Source of the DNA: Octopus vulgaris
Taxonomy: Eukaryota
NCBI GenBank assembly: GCA_951406725.2
Contig: OX597818.1
Span: 106,640,001 to 106,704,000 of the forward strand
DNA: 64,000 nt
Direction of reading: 5' to 3'
Within the stretch, counting starts at the first letter, position 1; every line of letters begins with the position of its first letter. The notes below the pieces were generated by a model, which saw only the letters and a list, made by a program, of their open reading frames with translations, was not told the origin of the DNA and searched no databases. Of the stretch, positions 1-12,213 are shown piece after piece. The position numbers were made by a program, and so were the translations under genes.

Positions 1-270
1 ACGATGTTACTGATAGCGGCGGCGGTGGTGGTGGTGAGCATGATGGTGATCATGATGATGATGATGATGACGATGATGATGATGATAACAGGTTTGAAGT
101 TACTGATTGCATCGTGTTTATCTTTAGTTGTTTGCATAGTTAGTTGTTGTTGTTATTGTAGATGTAGTGTCGTTGATTATTATTATTATTATTATTGTTG
201 TTGTCGTTGTCGTTGTTGTTGTTGTGGTTAGTGTTGTTATTATTGTTGTTGTGAAAGAAACTGCACTTAC

Positions 271-391
271 TTGTAATGTTACTCCACATAAGCTCGTCAT
301 CCTGAGCGGAAGTTGCAGCGAGGAGAGAAAGCAACATGACAGCTAGCACCAGGAAAAGTAAATCCATGGAAGGGAGACTCCCTGCAAGCAT
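271..391 (-). CDS. First coding exon (signal peptide) of a secreted or membrane protein; gene continues off the left edge
   Basis: ATG at 391-389 gives MLAGSLPSMDLLFLVLAVMLLSLLAATSA-QDDELMWSNIT, with a hydrophobic core and a small-residue cleavage site (TSA|Q). A consensus donor A|GTAAGT (+ strand acttac 265-270) follows after 40 codons + 1 nt, i.e. phase 1. Confidence 0.75.
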
Positions 392-503
392 GAAAGAACA
401 TTGGCAAGTTCAGCACCGACAATAAAACAAGCTGCTGCCGTCAACATGTGATGTCGCCTTGATAATAGCCTACTGCCGAGTAATTGACATGCATATATGT
501 CAG

Positions 504-519
504 CTGATTGGCCAATCAG
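504..519. promoter_or_regulatory. Palindromic double CCAAT element
   Basis: Perfect 16-bp palindrome CTGATTGGCCAATCAG about 115 bp upstream of the minus-strand ATG. Confidence 0.35.
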
Positions 520-1825
520 AGCGCGCCTTTTAATTGCTCATCATCCTTCTTACCAGAGTCAGCTGCGCAATCGACGGAGGAAAGCGAACACGGCGACAGG
601 GGCGACGGAGGAGGAGGAGGAGCAGGAGCGGGAGGGGGAGGAGGAGGAGGAGGTGAGGCAGCTTTGTTGTTGGTGGTGTTGATGATGATGATGATGCTTG
701 TGATGCTGGTGGTAATAGTGGCAGTTATTTAGTTTAGTATTGATGGTGATGCTGATGATAGTAGGGGGTAGCGGCAGTAGTAGTGGTGGCTGTGGTGGTG
801 GTGGTGGTGCTGATGATGCTGCTTGTGATGCTGGTGGTAATAGTGGCAGTTATTTAGTATTGATGGTGATGCTGGTGATGCTGGTGATGATGTGAGTGGC
901 GACGGAGGAGGGGTGGGTGGTTGAGGCTTTGTTGGTGTTGATGATGCTTGTGATGCTGGTGGTAATAGTGGCAGTTATTAGTAATGATTGTGATGGTGGT
1001 GATGATGATGATGCTGAGGATAGTAGGGGTAGCGGCAGTAGTGGCTGTGGTGGTGGTGGTGGTGATATATTGCGAGTTGTGGTGGTCGTAGTATAAAGTT
1101 CATGGAGGTAATACGTCGTCAATGATGATGGGGGGGGGGGTGTATGTTGTGGTTGTTGTTGTTAAGGGTGGTGGTGGCGGTGGTGGTGCGTTTGTGTTGT
1201 TAATGGTGGTAGCGATAATGATGATGGTGACGGTGGTGGTGGTGGTGTTGCTGCTGCTGCTAGTTGAAGTAGTGGTGGTGAGAGGAATAATAGCGGTGGT
1301 GGTGGTGGTGGTGGAGAGTACTAATTATAATGTTAGCGATGATGATGATGATGATGATGGACGCACGTAGTGGTGACGACGGTGATGACGATGGTCAAAG
1401 CACTGACAAAGGTTGATGATGACGACGACGATGATGATGATGATGATGATGATGACAGTGGTAGTAACGTGGTATAATGACAGTGTTGACACTAACAACA
1501 GCAGCAATAACTATGATGATGATGGTGATGATTGTTGTTATTGTTACTGAGATGGTTAATGGTGCTGCTGCTGCTGCTGATGGTGTTGGTCACAATGGTG
1601 TTGACAATGGTGATTGTGATGAGCAAAAATAAAGATGGTGATGACGACGGGGGTGGGCGTGGTAGTTGAGGTGGAAGTAGTAGTAGTAGTTGTTGTTGTT
1701 GTTGTTGTTGTTGTAGTTGTAGTAGTAAGTAAATTCAACGTGCACGCACTCGTAAGTGGAAGGGGTGGGGTGGGGGTGGAGGTGGCTGCAGTGAGGAGGA
1801 AAAGAAAGACGGAAAGTGAGAAATA

Positions 1826-2100
1826 TTGAGAGAGTGGTCGAGAGGGAGAGAGAGTGAGGGAGAGAGTTACTGAGAGAGGAGAGAGAGAGAGAGAGTTACT
1901 GAGAGAGAGAATTGTTGAGAGAGGGAGAGAGAGAGAAAGAGAATTGTTGAGGGGGAGAGAGAGACAGAGAATTGTTGAGAGAGAGAGAGAGAGAAAGAGA
2001 ATTGTTGAGGGGGAGAGAGAGAGAGAGAGAGAATTGTTGAGAGAGAGAAGGAGAGAGAATTGTTGAGAGAGAGAGGGAGAGAGAGAGAGAGAGAGAATTG
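1826..2100. repeat. Compound (GA)n minisatellite with periodic GAATTGTT insert
   Basis: Roughly 20-30-bp units of (GA)n + GAATTGTTGA repeated about 7 times. Confidence 0.85.
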
Positions 2101-3785
2101 GTGACGGCTGCACTATAGTAGCTCAGCACGTCACAATGATGGCAAATAGAAGAAGCGTGGCAGCAACAATAATAACAACAACACGAAGAGCAGCGGCAGT
2201 GGAGAGAGAGAGGTTGGATCTGTGGGTGGTTGAATGGTGTGGAGTACTTTGTTTTTGTTAGTAGAGGTGGTGGGTGGGTGGGTGGTTAGGGTAGGAATGC
2301 TGATGCTGTTTGCAGAGGTGATGATGATGATAACCACTGGTTTTGGTGTACAAGGGATTCGGAAGTTGGAGGCGATGGCGATGGTAACGATAGCCTTTGC
2401 TGTTGTTGTTATTGTTGTTGTAATATGATGTTTGTTTCTTTAGACAACCCCTAAATGAGTTGACCTCCTATGATGGAAGACAGTCCATGCATGACTATTC
2501 CATCGTTTATTTTTATGCAATCTTTATCCGATGTGTACTTTTCTTTTTTTTAAATTATAGTTGTGATGGAGTTTGGCTGCTATTTCTAGCTGGTCGAGCG
2601 AATCATGTAAAAAACACCGTGGCTTTGAATAAAACTGACTTAAGACAACGGAACACAATCGCCGTCTGTTTTTGCTAGTAATAGCAGCTAAATTTACCAA
2701 AAGTTACACTCTACTGCTTTTTTAAGATATCATTTAATGTAAGCCTAGGAATATTGTTTGATAAAAATTAATTATGACGGGATGGTCATGGTTTGGATTT
2801 TTTTTTTTTTTTTTACAGATTTGTCCAATCGTGACTGACCTGAGGCATTAGAGCTGCTTCTTCTAATGGTCACTGAGCTAGTGTTGGTGGGTGTTGGTGG
2901 TGGTGGTGGTAATTTTGAGATTTCAGAAAGTTGAAATAAATATAATTTTTCATGTTGTTGGTGAGAGATGATGATGGATCTAGTTGCGGCTAATGTTCAT
3001 ATGTTGCAGCTGCTGATGCTGATGATGATGATGATGATGATGATCATGGAGACCGCCCCCACCCCACCACTAACCTGAAGTATGCGCGCGTGTGTCTGTA
3101 AATGCTTTAGTGTGTGTGTGTGTTTGTCGTACACTTGCATGAATCGTGATCGCACGCACACACACATACACACACACAGTTGAGTGTTTGTGTACGCTTT
3201 CACCCATTCCTGTGAGCAAAGCATGCAAGCATATACACACGCACGCACGCGGGTTCGCGTGCGTGCCACTGTGAAAACGACAGGCAACGTTGAAGATTTC
3301 GGTGTCTGTTACAAGTCAATGGGGGGAGGGGAGGCTGAGTGTGGTGGTGGTGGTTGGGGGAGAGCGGCGGAAGATTCGCTGGAGACGGTCAGTCAGTGAG
3401 AACTTGTAGCAGGCGTGTTCCACGCGCGCACACGCACGCGCACATAGTGAACGAGAAAGGGTGAGGGGAGGGGGGTGGAGACAGTTAACCTTATGAGAAA
3501 TATGACAAAATAATTGTTTCTTCTACAAGCAGGAAGCATGAGATGTTGAGGAAAGAGGAAACGTCAAGTTGAACGTTCGTTCACGCTTCTTCCCAAGAGC
3601 AAAAAGCCGCCTAAGTGAAGTTAAACGTCTATGAGCGTCTGTTGAAACCGGGGCTGTAAGGAACATATTGATCTCCGAAATTGACCCCCCCGAGGTCACA
3701 ACAATTCTGAAGAGAAAGAATAATCGATTAAACCCAATCACCAGTATATAACTGGTTTTCTTTAGTTAGTTAGTTAGTTAGTTAG

Positions 3786-4159
3786 TGGAGGCGCAATGGC
3801 CCAGTGGTTAGGGCAGCGGACTCGCGGTCATAGGATCGCGGTTTCGATTCCCAGACCGGGCGTTGTGAGTGTTTATTGAGCGAAAACACCTAAAGCTCCA
3901 CGACGCTCCGGCAGGGGATTGTGGTGATCCCTGCTGTACTCTTTCACCACAACTTTCTCTCACTCTTACTTCCTGTTTCTGTTGTACCTGTATTTCACTC
4001 TCCGTGTCACGCTGAATATCCCCGAGAACTACGTTAAGGGTACACGTGTCTGTGGAGTGCTCAGCCACTTACACGTTAATTTCACGAGCAGGCTGTTCCG
4101 TTGATTCGGATCAACCGGAACCCTCGTCGTCGTAACCGACGGAGTGCTTCAAAAAAAAA
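3786..4159 (+). mobile_element. tRNA-derived SINE (family C)
   Basis: Pol III A box TGGCCCAGTGG, B-box-like GTTTCGATTCC and A-tail; inserted in (TTAG)n. A related diverged copy lies at about 51570-51890. Confidence 0.85.
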
Positions 4160-4189
4160 GTTAGTTAATTTGACTCAAAAGCAAATAGC

Positions 4190-4563
4190 AAGGCCATGTA
4201 GGGGGACATGGAGTTAAGTACAGGGTGGTGTTCATGTAAAGAGTTCATGCCACTTGAGGTCAAGGGAGGCTTTGAACAAAGCGGTCGTCGGCATCTTCAC
4301 CATCTCGTCTGGCAGCTTGTTCCACGGATCCGCAACCCGGACGGAGAAAGCTCCTCTCCTTCGATTGAGATGAAATCGTCGCAGGTAGAGCATTTCGGAA
4401 TGACCCCGCAGCCAACGCTCTGGAGCAGGAGTGAAGAACAGCTCTTTCAAGAGGTTACACTTTCCGCTTATGATGCTGTGGGCGAGAATGAGATCACCAC
4501 GGCGGCCGCATTTTTCTAGAGAATAAAGGTCGAGCGTCCTCAGCCTTTCTTCATAGAAAGCCT
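4190..4563 (-). mobile_element. CR1-type LINE 3' fragment
   Basis: Encodes LRGHSEML..RRGAFSVRVADPWNKLP..FKASLD, the typical CR1 ORF2 C-terminus. Confidence 0.8.
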
Positions 4564-4629
4564 TTATTTATACTATCGAACTTGGAAGTCTGAAAAGTAA
4601 ATCGATCGCAAGGAAATTTAAAGTTTGAA

Positions 4630-5125
4630 CGCAAAGAGATTCATTATTATTTGGGATGGGTAGGAGCGATGGCGTTCTCAAGGAACTCTAGGCGTCGATG
4701 AGGGTGGTCTATTTTGGAGGAAGTTTAGGCCGGTACTAATGTGGATAACCTCCAGAAATCCCTGGCCTAGCACTGCCAGTTTGAGATAAACCCTACAGGT
4801 ACGGTAGCGCCGCCAGGCGTAGCTGCCGTGAAGCACGCAGAGCAGCGAAACGGTTGTGGGCGCCCACGCACAGTGTCCGAATATTGCTGACCTGTTGAGT
4901 CATGTGGAACAGCTGTTATCGCGTGTAGGATGGTTCCGACAATCGACTGAATCAATCATGCGGATCGCCCCCTACCACCCACCTTCAACAAGGCAGGGCA
5001 GCAGGTTTTCCTCTGCCAAGAGGCTATGGCGAAAGGGGTTGTGTTTGTGTGGTGGAGGAAGCTGAAAGGGTTGAGGAGAAACAGCTTCCTCTTCGGCTTT
5101 TTTAAAGTTCCACTCAGCAAGGAAA
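4630..5125 (+). mobile_element. Tx1/L1-clade retrotransposon 3' fragment (decayed)
   Basis: Encodes HAQCPNIADLLSHVEQLLSRVG, matching the Zn-finger region of the elements at 43-50 kb. Confidence 0.7.
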
Positions 5126-5127
5126 AC

Positions 5128-5524
5128 GAGTGGCTGTGTGGTAAGTAGCTTGCTAACCAACCACATGGTTCCGGGTTCAGTCCCACTGCGTGGTACCTTG
5201 GGCAAGTGTCTTCTGCTATAGCCTTGGGCCGACCAAAGCCTTGTGAGTGGATTTGGTAGACGGAAACTGAAAGAAGCCTGTCGTATATATGTATATATAT
5301 ATATGTATGTGTGTTTGTCCCCCTAGCATTGCTTGACAACCGATGCTGGTGTGTTTACGTCCCCGTCACTTAGCGGTTCGGCAAAATGAGACCGATAGAA
5401 TAAGTACTGGGCTTACAAAAAAAAGAATAAGTCCCGGGGTCGATTTGCTCGACTAAAGGCGGTGCTCCAGCATGGCCGCAGTCAAATGACTGAAACAAGT
5501 AAAAGAGTAAAGAGTAAAGAGTAT
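5128..5524 (+). mobile_element. Octopus SINE family A (tRNA-like head, (AAAGAGT)n tail)
   Basis: Head GTGGCTGTGTGGTAAG..GGTTCAGTCCC; the same sequence recurs at least five times in the window. Confidence 0.9.
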
Positions 5525-5904
5525 GGAGAGAGAAGCGAATTCATGAAAAGATGGGTGACTGTGGCAAAAATGGTTGGAATGAATGGACCTACTTTCAATA
5601 TGCACCTGCAGATTGGAGAACACGAGAAATGACTTGTACCTTTGGTGGTGGTCGAGCTAATCCTGGATCTGTGGTGTTACTTGATTGGCCCCAGCTGGAG
5701 TTTCTTCAGTCTCAGCAGGACTGCATCATTCATGTCATCACATTGTATTCTATGGATATTCGTCTCATTTCAACTACTTTTCCATTTCTTTCTCCCCCAC
5801 CCTTTATGTAAATCCCCCACACAAACCGTTGCCTGTCCTTGTGATGTACCCTTCATCTTAGCCTCTGTGACTAATAAAGGAATTCTTCTTCTTCTTCTCG
5901 CGCA

Positions 5905-6408
5905 TTGCTGACTTGTAGGGTTCTGTCGAACAGCTGCTCTGTCTGTCGACCGGGGCTGTAGTGATGATCGCCCCCACTGCCCTTCTTCAGTCGGGCAGTT
6001 TTCCTTTTCCTTGTGGCTGTGGCGATAGAAGTTGTTTGGTGGACAAGGCTGAAAGGCTTGGGAGGGAAGTGCTGTCCTCGAGTGAGTTTATTTGAGAGAA
6101 AGAACTGGAGAGGGCACTTGTCCCTGGGGTTTCAGGGGAAATCTCGGACAATGGGGTTCCTCGATTATCCCTAGAGGCCTTATTGTATCAGGAGGGCCAC
6201 ATCTCTATCATCCCCCCTGCCACATTTTTTATTATTGAAAAAAGATTTTTTTAAACCTTAGTATGTTCGGCATATGTCCCTTCTTTTTCAGTGTATACCG
6301 TCTATACTTTCTTTCTTTCATTTTTTTTATCATTTCATTATACGTAAACTCCCACATTTTATGTCTGTCTTTATATTGTCCCCCCTCATCCTTGTGGCAA
6401 ATAAATTA
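5905..6408 (+). mobile_element. Tx1/L1-clade 3' end abutting (ATT)n
   Basis: Similar to the reverse complement of 46812-47470; ends GGCAAATAAAT followed by (ATT)n. Confidence 0.7.
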
Positions 6409-6462
<54 letters not shown>

Positions 6463-7280
6463 AGGCGGCGAGCTGGCAGAAACGTTAGCACGCCGGGCGA
6501 AATGCGTAACCGTATTTCGTCTGCCGTTACGTTCTGAGTTCAAATTCCGCCGAGGTCAACTTTGCCTTTCATCCTTTCAGGGTCGATAAATTAAGTACCA
6601 GTTACGCACTGGAGTCGATATAATCGACTTATTCCGTTTGTCTGTCCTTGTTTGTCCTCTCTGTGTTTAGCCCCTTGTGGGTAGTAAAGAAATAGATATT
6701 CCATCTGTCTTTACATTCAGAGTTCAAATTCCGCCGAGGTCGACTTTGCCTTTCATCCTTTCGGGGTCGATTAAATAAGTACCAGTTACGCACTGGGGTC
6801 AATATAATCGACTTAATCCGTTTGTCTATCCTTGTTTGTCCCCTCTGTGTTTAGCCCCTTGTAGGTAGTAAAGAAATAGGTATTTCAGCTGTCACTTCGT
6901 TCTGGGTTCAAATTCCGCCGTGGTCGACTTTGCCTTTCATCCTTTCGGGGTCGATTAAATAAGTAACGGGCACGCACTGGGGTCGATGTAAACGACCTAA
7001 TCCCTTCCTCACCAAATTTCAGGCTTTGTGCCTATAGTAGAAAGGATTATTATCATCATCATCATTATTGTTACAAGGTCACGAGTTGGCAGAATCGTTA
7101 GCACGCGGGGCGAATTGCTTAGCGGCATTTCGTCCGTCTCCATGTTCTGAGTTCAAATTCCGATGAGGTCGACTTTGCATTTCATCCTTTTGGAATTAAG
7201 TACCGGCGGAACACTGGCGTCGATGTAATCGACTAGTCCCTTCCCAACAAATTTCAGGCCTTGTGCCTTTAGTAGAAAAG

Positions 7281-7283
<3 letters not shown>
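6463..7283 (+). mobile_element. SINE family B: multimeric copy (three ~180-bp internal units) plus an adjacent monomer
   Basis: Head GGCGGCGAGCTGGCAGAA; core GTCGACTTTGCCTTTCATCCTTTCGGGGTCGAT repeated; flanked by (ATT)n. Confidence 0.85.
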
Positions 7284-7313
<30 letters not shown>

Positions 7314-7367
7314 GAGGCGTCCTACGGGACGACTTAGATGAGATTTTATTATTATTATTATTATTAT

Positions 7368-7562
7368 TGCCTTTGCACAGCTTCTAACGCTGGAAATGTA
7401 CTACAGTGTCAACTGTTACCTACCAGTGAACTAAGGTAACACCTCGTATTTTTCGAGCACCTTCCGGAATATTCGAGCGGTTCCAAGCAGTGCTGCATTC
7501 TGCAAGTGCTCCACCCTTATTGTAGCCCATATTTGTTCTACGTACTTCTCGAAATTTTTGCT
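7368..7562 (-). mobile_element. R4/Dong-like (RLE) retrotransposon 3' tail
   Basis: Encodes EHLQNAALLGTARIFRKVLE, resembling the R4/Dong C-terminal LQKxxLLGTARILRKVL motif; embedded in (ATT)/(AAT) repeats. Confidence 0.7.
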
Positions 7563-7580
7563 TATTGTTATTATTATTAT

Positions 7581-7619
<39 letters not shown>

Positions 7620-8068
7620 TATCATCATCATCATTATTATCATTATTATTATATGACGTGTGTGTGTGTATAATGCACAATATATGGATTTATCTGATTT
7701 GGTGGTATTCACGAAAAGAAAAAGAGCTCCTTTAGTGGACCAGGCTGCAAACCACATCGTGAATTAATACGTAGGGGTGTACTGTAGATTTTTATCTAGT
7801 TGAAATCCAGTTGATCCAACCAGTGGAGATTATTTCATAGGGAGTATAAAGAATATTTAAAAAGTCAGGAGCTATGAGATTCATATATTCATGGGAGTCC
7901 CTTATAAACCCAGTTCTTTTATACGATTATTTATATATTTCTAAACACTCTTAAATTAGTTTATCTCACTGTTTCCCCTTCTGATAATTTTCCCCATATA
8001 CTTTTTTTAATTTATATACCTCGGTATACTCCGATCTGCCATACCAATTCTATTTTTCTTACTCTATC

Positions 8069-8133
<65 letters not shown>

Positions 8134-8387
8134 CTTGTTTAAAACTTCCACTTTATTTCTCTTTATTTTTTGTTGATATTACTCTCTATATTTCTAGAAT
8201 ATATATAATAGCGACAGAGGCAGTATTAACACCGGGAGGTAATACTGATTCTCACTTAAACACCAGAATAAACTTTATTGCGATAGATACCATGAAAGAA
8301 GCACTCACATAGGCTTCTGGCGCAAAATGCACGCTTGTTTTTATCGCTAGCAGGGAGATTAACCCCCACCAAATCCAACTTCGAGAA

Positions 8388-8432
8388 CACCAGATTATGT
8401 GATTTCGACCTTCTTTGGTCACATCGGTGATG
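8388..8432 (-). ncRNA. Degenerate type I hammerhead-like motif
   Basis: Minus strand CAUCA-CCGAUGU-GACC(AAAGAA)GGUC-GAAAU(CACAUA)AUC-UGGUG; all three stems can form, but the core has two changes (U4C, A9U). Confidence 0.45.
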
Positions 8433-8568
8433 GACACTCGACCGCTAGATATAACAGTATCTCATCTCCCCGTTATCCATAAACACAATATCTGCAAACT
8501 TCTCTCTCATTCATTTACACCTTAACTTTCTTTTCTCTCTCTATTATTAATACTTCTGTTATTAACTC

Positions 8569-8610
<42 letters not shown>

Positions 8611-8996
8611 CTCCATCACCATTATCCATTGTTTCCTTTTAAATATCTTACTAAATCTCCTTTCCTCTCTTCTACAACATTTTTTTTTGTTGCGTGCATT
8701 ATTGTTTTCTATACACAAACATCTTGAAGATGATTTTTTTTTGTCTGTGTATACTGGAGCTGAAAAATTGATGTAACCATGATCTTCTATTGATTTGAAG
8801 AGCCAGCCTTTTATAACTGCATTCGTTTGCAAAATATGCAATAGTACTATGCAATTCATAGCATGCATACATGTGCAGACATGTAAAATGACTTATCATA
8901 CACTACAATAAATTATTTTTGCATGATCTTGCTTCGAAACGGCCGTCATCCTACGGATATCAACTGGTGAACAAAATATATTCACCTCATACCTAT

Positions 8997-9222
8997 TCCT
9001 TTTTTACTCTTTTACTTGTTTCAGTCATTTGACTGCGGCCATGCTGGAGCACCGCCTTTAGTCGAGCAAATCGACCCCAGGACTTATTCTTTGTAAGCCC
9101 AGTACTTATTCTATCGGTCTCTTTTGCCGAACCGCTAAGTGACGGGGACGTAAACACACCAGCATCGGTTGTCAAGCAATGCTAGGGGGACAAACACAGA
9201 CACACAAACATATACACACACA

Positions 9223-9264
<42 letters not shown>

Positions 9265-9422
9265 TACGACAGGCTTCTTTCAGTTTCCGTCTACCAAATC
9301 CACTCACAAGGCATTGGTCGGCCCGGGGCTATAGCAGAAGACACTTGCCCAAGATGCTACGCAGTGGGACTGAACCCGGAACCATGTGGTTGGTTAGCAA
9401 GCTACTTACCACACAGCCACTC
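8997..9422 (-). mobile_element. SINE family A
   Basis: Reverse complement of 5128-5524. Confidence 0.9.
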
Positions 9423-9437
9423 AAATACACACACACA

Positions 9438-10143
9438 TGGGGGAGTGTCAAAAATTATACGCTCGCTTGTTTTTTCAGTGTATTAACACAAAAGTAGGAG
9501 ATAAATAAGTATGTCATCTTCCTATATAATCTCCTTCTTTTTCAAGGCACTTGGTCCAGCGGTCCAAAAGCCTCCAAAAAGAAGGGTTTCGGTTGGTCGT
9601 GCAACCATTTATGCACCGCTTCCTTCACATCTTTATCTGTAGGAAATCGACAACCTTGTAAACCATCTTTGAGCGGTCCAAAGATATGACGGTCAGAAGG
9701 GGCGAGATCTGGGCTGTAGACAGTGTGTTCCCACATTTCAAAACCCAATTTGGTTAATGGTTTCAACGGTCTGGGCGGCCGTGTGTGGGCGTGCATTTTC
9801 ATGCAGCAAGAAAACTTTCTTCGACGGCAGGCTTCGGCGTTTGGTGCCAATTGCTGGCTTCATTTCGTTGGCCAGCAAAGCACTGCAACTTGCATTGTTG
9901 ATCGTACAACTCTTTTCCAGAGAAATCGGATCACAGCTTTTTACTCTTCTTTGATGCACATTGCTAATGGAGCGGTCATGCTTACATTGTAAAGCTAGAA
10001 AGAAATATATGGCACAATCAGACTCAGACTTCGATCATGTGACCACAATAATACCAACTACAAGCACGCATACGCAGAAGGCAGCGTGAAAATAATAAAA
10101 TTCTGTTATGACGAAAGTGCGGATAATTTTTGACTTCCCCTCG
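9438..10143 (-). mobile_element. Internally deleted mariner transposon
   Basis: Motifs LHENARPH and YSPDLAPSD; diverged TIRs (..GTCAAAAATTAT.. / ..ATAATTTTTGAC..) with TA at the right end. Confidence 0.85.
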
Positions 10144-10857
10144 TATATATAACACACACACACACACATGTATGTATATATGTATTTCCTGTTGACGAAA
10201 AGAAATTGTGTTGCAGTGAATTTATGTTGGGATCCTGAATTGGGGCGTATGGTACTTGGTCCTAGTCTTAGATGAATTCTGAAACTAATGTCATGCTCAT
10301 TTGGGCAATGCTGGTGGAATATTATCCACATTGTACAAAGAGTGTAGCACTCACAGCAGCCCTGCAGAGAATAAATTTGCAATGTTTTAAGGCGGTCCCA
10401 ATAATCAAGATATCACCCACATCATAAGCAGTTGTCAGAACATGTCATCGCGGTATTATCTTGATTTTATGATTTTGTAGCTAGGATACGTTATAACGAG
10501 ACCTATCAGAAAGATAATCCCGAGGACAAAGAAATAAGAACCCACAGTATGGTGGAACCCATAGCCACTTATAATAAAAAGGAGTGCCGGTGGAATGTCC
10601 CAGTGAAGACCTCAATAAAATGTAGACACAAGAGACCTAGTGTTAATTCTTGAGGCTCCGGAGTATTTTTTGACACCTATCTTTAGCAAAGCTTGTGCTT
10701 CATAGCACCCTTGTTATATATGATAACTCTTATATATTATCTATTAATTTTGCCAATGTGGTTTTAAGCTTGCAGCCACTAACATTATTATCTCTCATGA
10801 ATATTAATGTTCTCTCTCTCTCTCACTCTTTCTCTCTCTTTCAATGACCTCCTACCC

Positions 10858-11407
10858 GCGAATTTTTTTCCCACCAGAGTTCCAGACCCCATTAATGAAC
10901 TCATTTGCATGCAGCCAATCAGAGCTCACCTTGACCTTGTTGTCAAGTTAACAAACACACTCTACCAAGTAAACTCAAAACGACGAACGGTGTTGTAAGT
11001 CGACCGATCGCCAAGTTGTGCCTGATTTTAGAAGGAGACAAGTAATTAGATAGATTTGCATCTCTACCTATTATATGATTTTGTTAGGGCCCCATATGTT
11101 AAAGATGTAGATGGGGAAAATGTGGGTAGAGCTTGATGTGCTAGCAACCATCTCCCTTTATTGTTTTACAAAGTAAACAACAACACAAATAACTACGCAG
11201 AGGCAGCCATGGTTGGAACAAGAACAAGAACACGAAGCATTATTAAAAGGGAAAAGAAACATGGCCATTCCTTACCCAAGTGTCCTTATCTTATCCCCCA
11301 TCACTTGTTATGCTTTCATAAATTAGTTTGATAGTTGAGCTCTGATTGGCTGTATGCAAATGAGTTCATAACTGGGGTCCGGAACTCTCGTGGGAAAAAA
11401 ATTTCGC
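10858..11407. mobile_element. MITE-like element with ~72-bp inverted repeats containing octamer and CCAAT motifs
   Basis: 10858-10928 and 11336-11407 are reverse complements with a few mismatches. Confidence 0.7.
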
Positions 11408-11830
11408 CTCCTGTCCAGCTTCCAGTACGGTGCATTACAGCTTCCATAATGCAAGAGCTACAAGAGGCCAACGTCCTACTTGTCATCACTTCCAATAACA
11501 CTCAGTCTTACAGGCCGCACTGTGTCAAACCCCAAGGCCCGCACTAACTATTAAATGCATTTTCCCTCTTAAGAACGTCAGTACTCTAGTGTTCCCTTTG
11601 CAGCAATTTAAGCTTAACATTAATTGGAGGGTCTGCAAAAGTTGGCCCCACGTTGTTCTTTCTCCCAGACCTAGCACAAAGCGCGCGCGTGTGTGAGTGC
11701 AATGGTGCTCGTGTGCATGCATGCGCGGGAAATGGGATTTTGTAGAGCTTCCAAATTGTAAGGTCTCCTGCAAAAATATTGGCCAGCCTGATGCTGTGGT
11801 AGCTGCCACTTACCTAGGGACTGTGGAGCG

Positions 11831-12213
11831 CAGGGGTTCTCAGCCACTTTTTTTTTTTTATCTATAGACCCCTTTGATAATTATTTTATTTTGGTGGACC
11901 CCTATAGTTATTCGATGTTTAAAAACCAGTTTTATAGAAACTTCTTTCAAAATTTCTATTTTGTTTTTCACACATTCACACACAGTGTAGGACGAACTGT
12001 GTAAAATGTTAAAGAAAAATACCCAGCTGTTTCTTGCAATACATGCCAATACATACATTTAAAGCAAATTTTTTTCAGGGGCCCTTAAAATACTATTGTG
12101 GATACCCAATTTACCATTTTGTTGCGTGGACTACCGCCCCCGCCCACCCAAAAAATCTTATATGGTCCCTTGGGGGGGGGGGGCAATATGGACCCCGGTT
12201 GAGAGAAACATTG
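11831..12213. mobile_element. hAT/Charlie-type MITE
   Basis: Ends CAGGGGTTCTCAGCC and GGTTGAGAGAAACATTG; degenerate 8-bp TSD GTGGAGCG/GTGCAGTG. Confidence 0.7.

Noticed and set aside
3786-3870. tRNA gene
   Set aside because: The A and B boxes belong to a SINE head; no full cloverleaf, and the sequence continues into the SINE body.
10600-10670. Hairpin CCTCAA...TTGAGG after CAGTGAAGA, resembling a long stem II
   Set aside because: Lacks the GAAA and NUH elements; too decayed to call.
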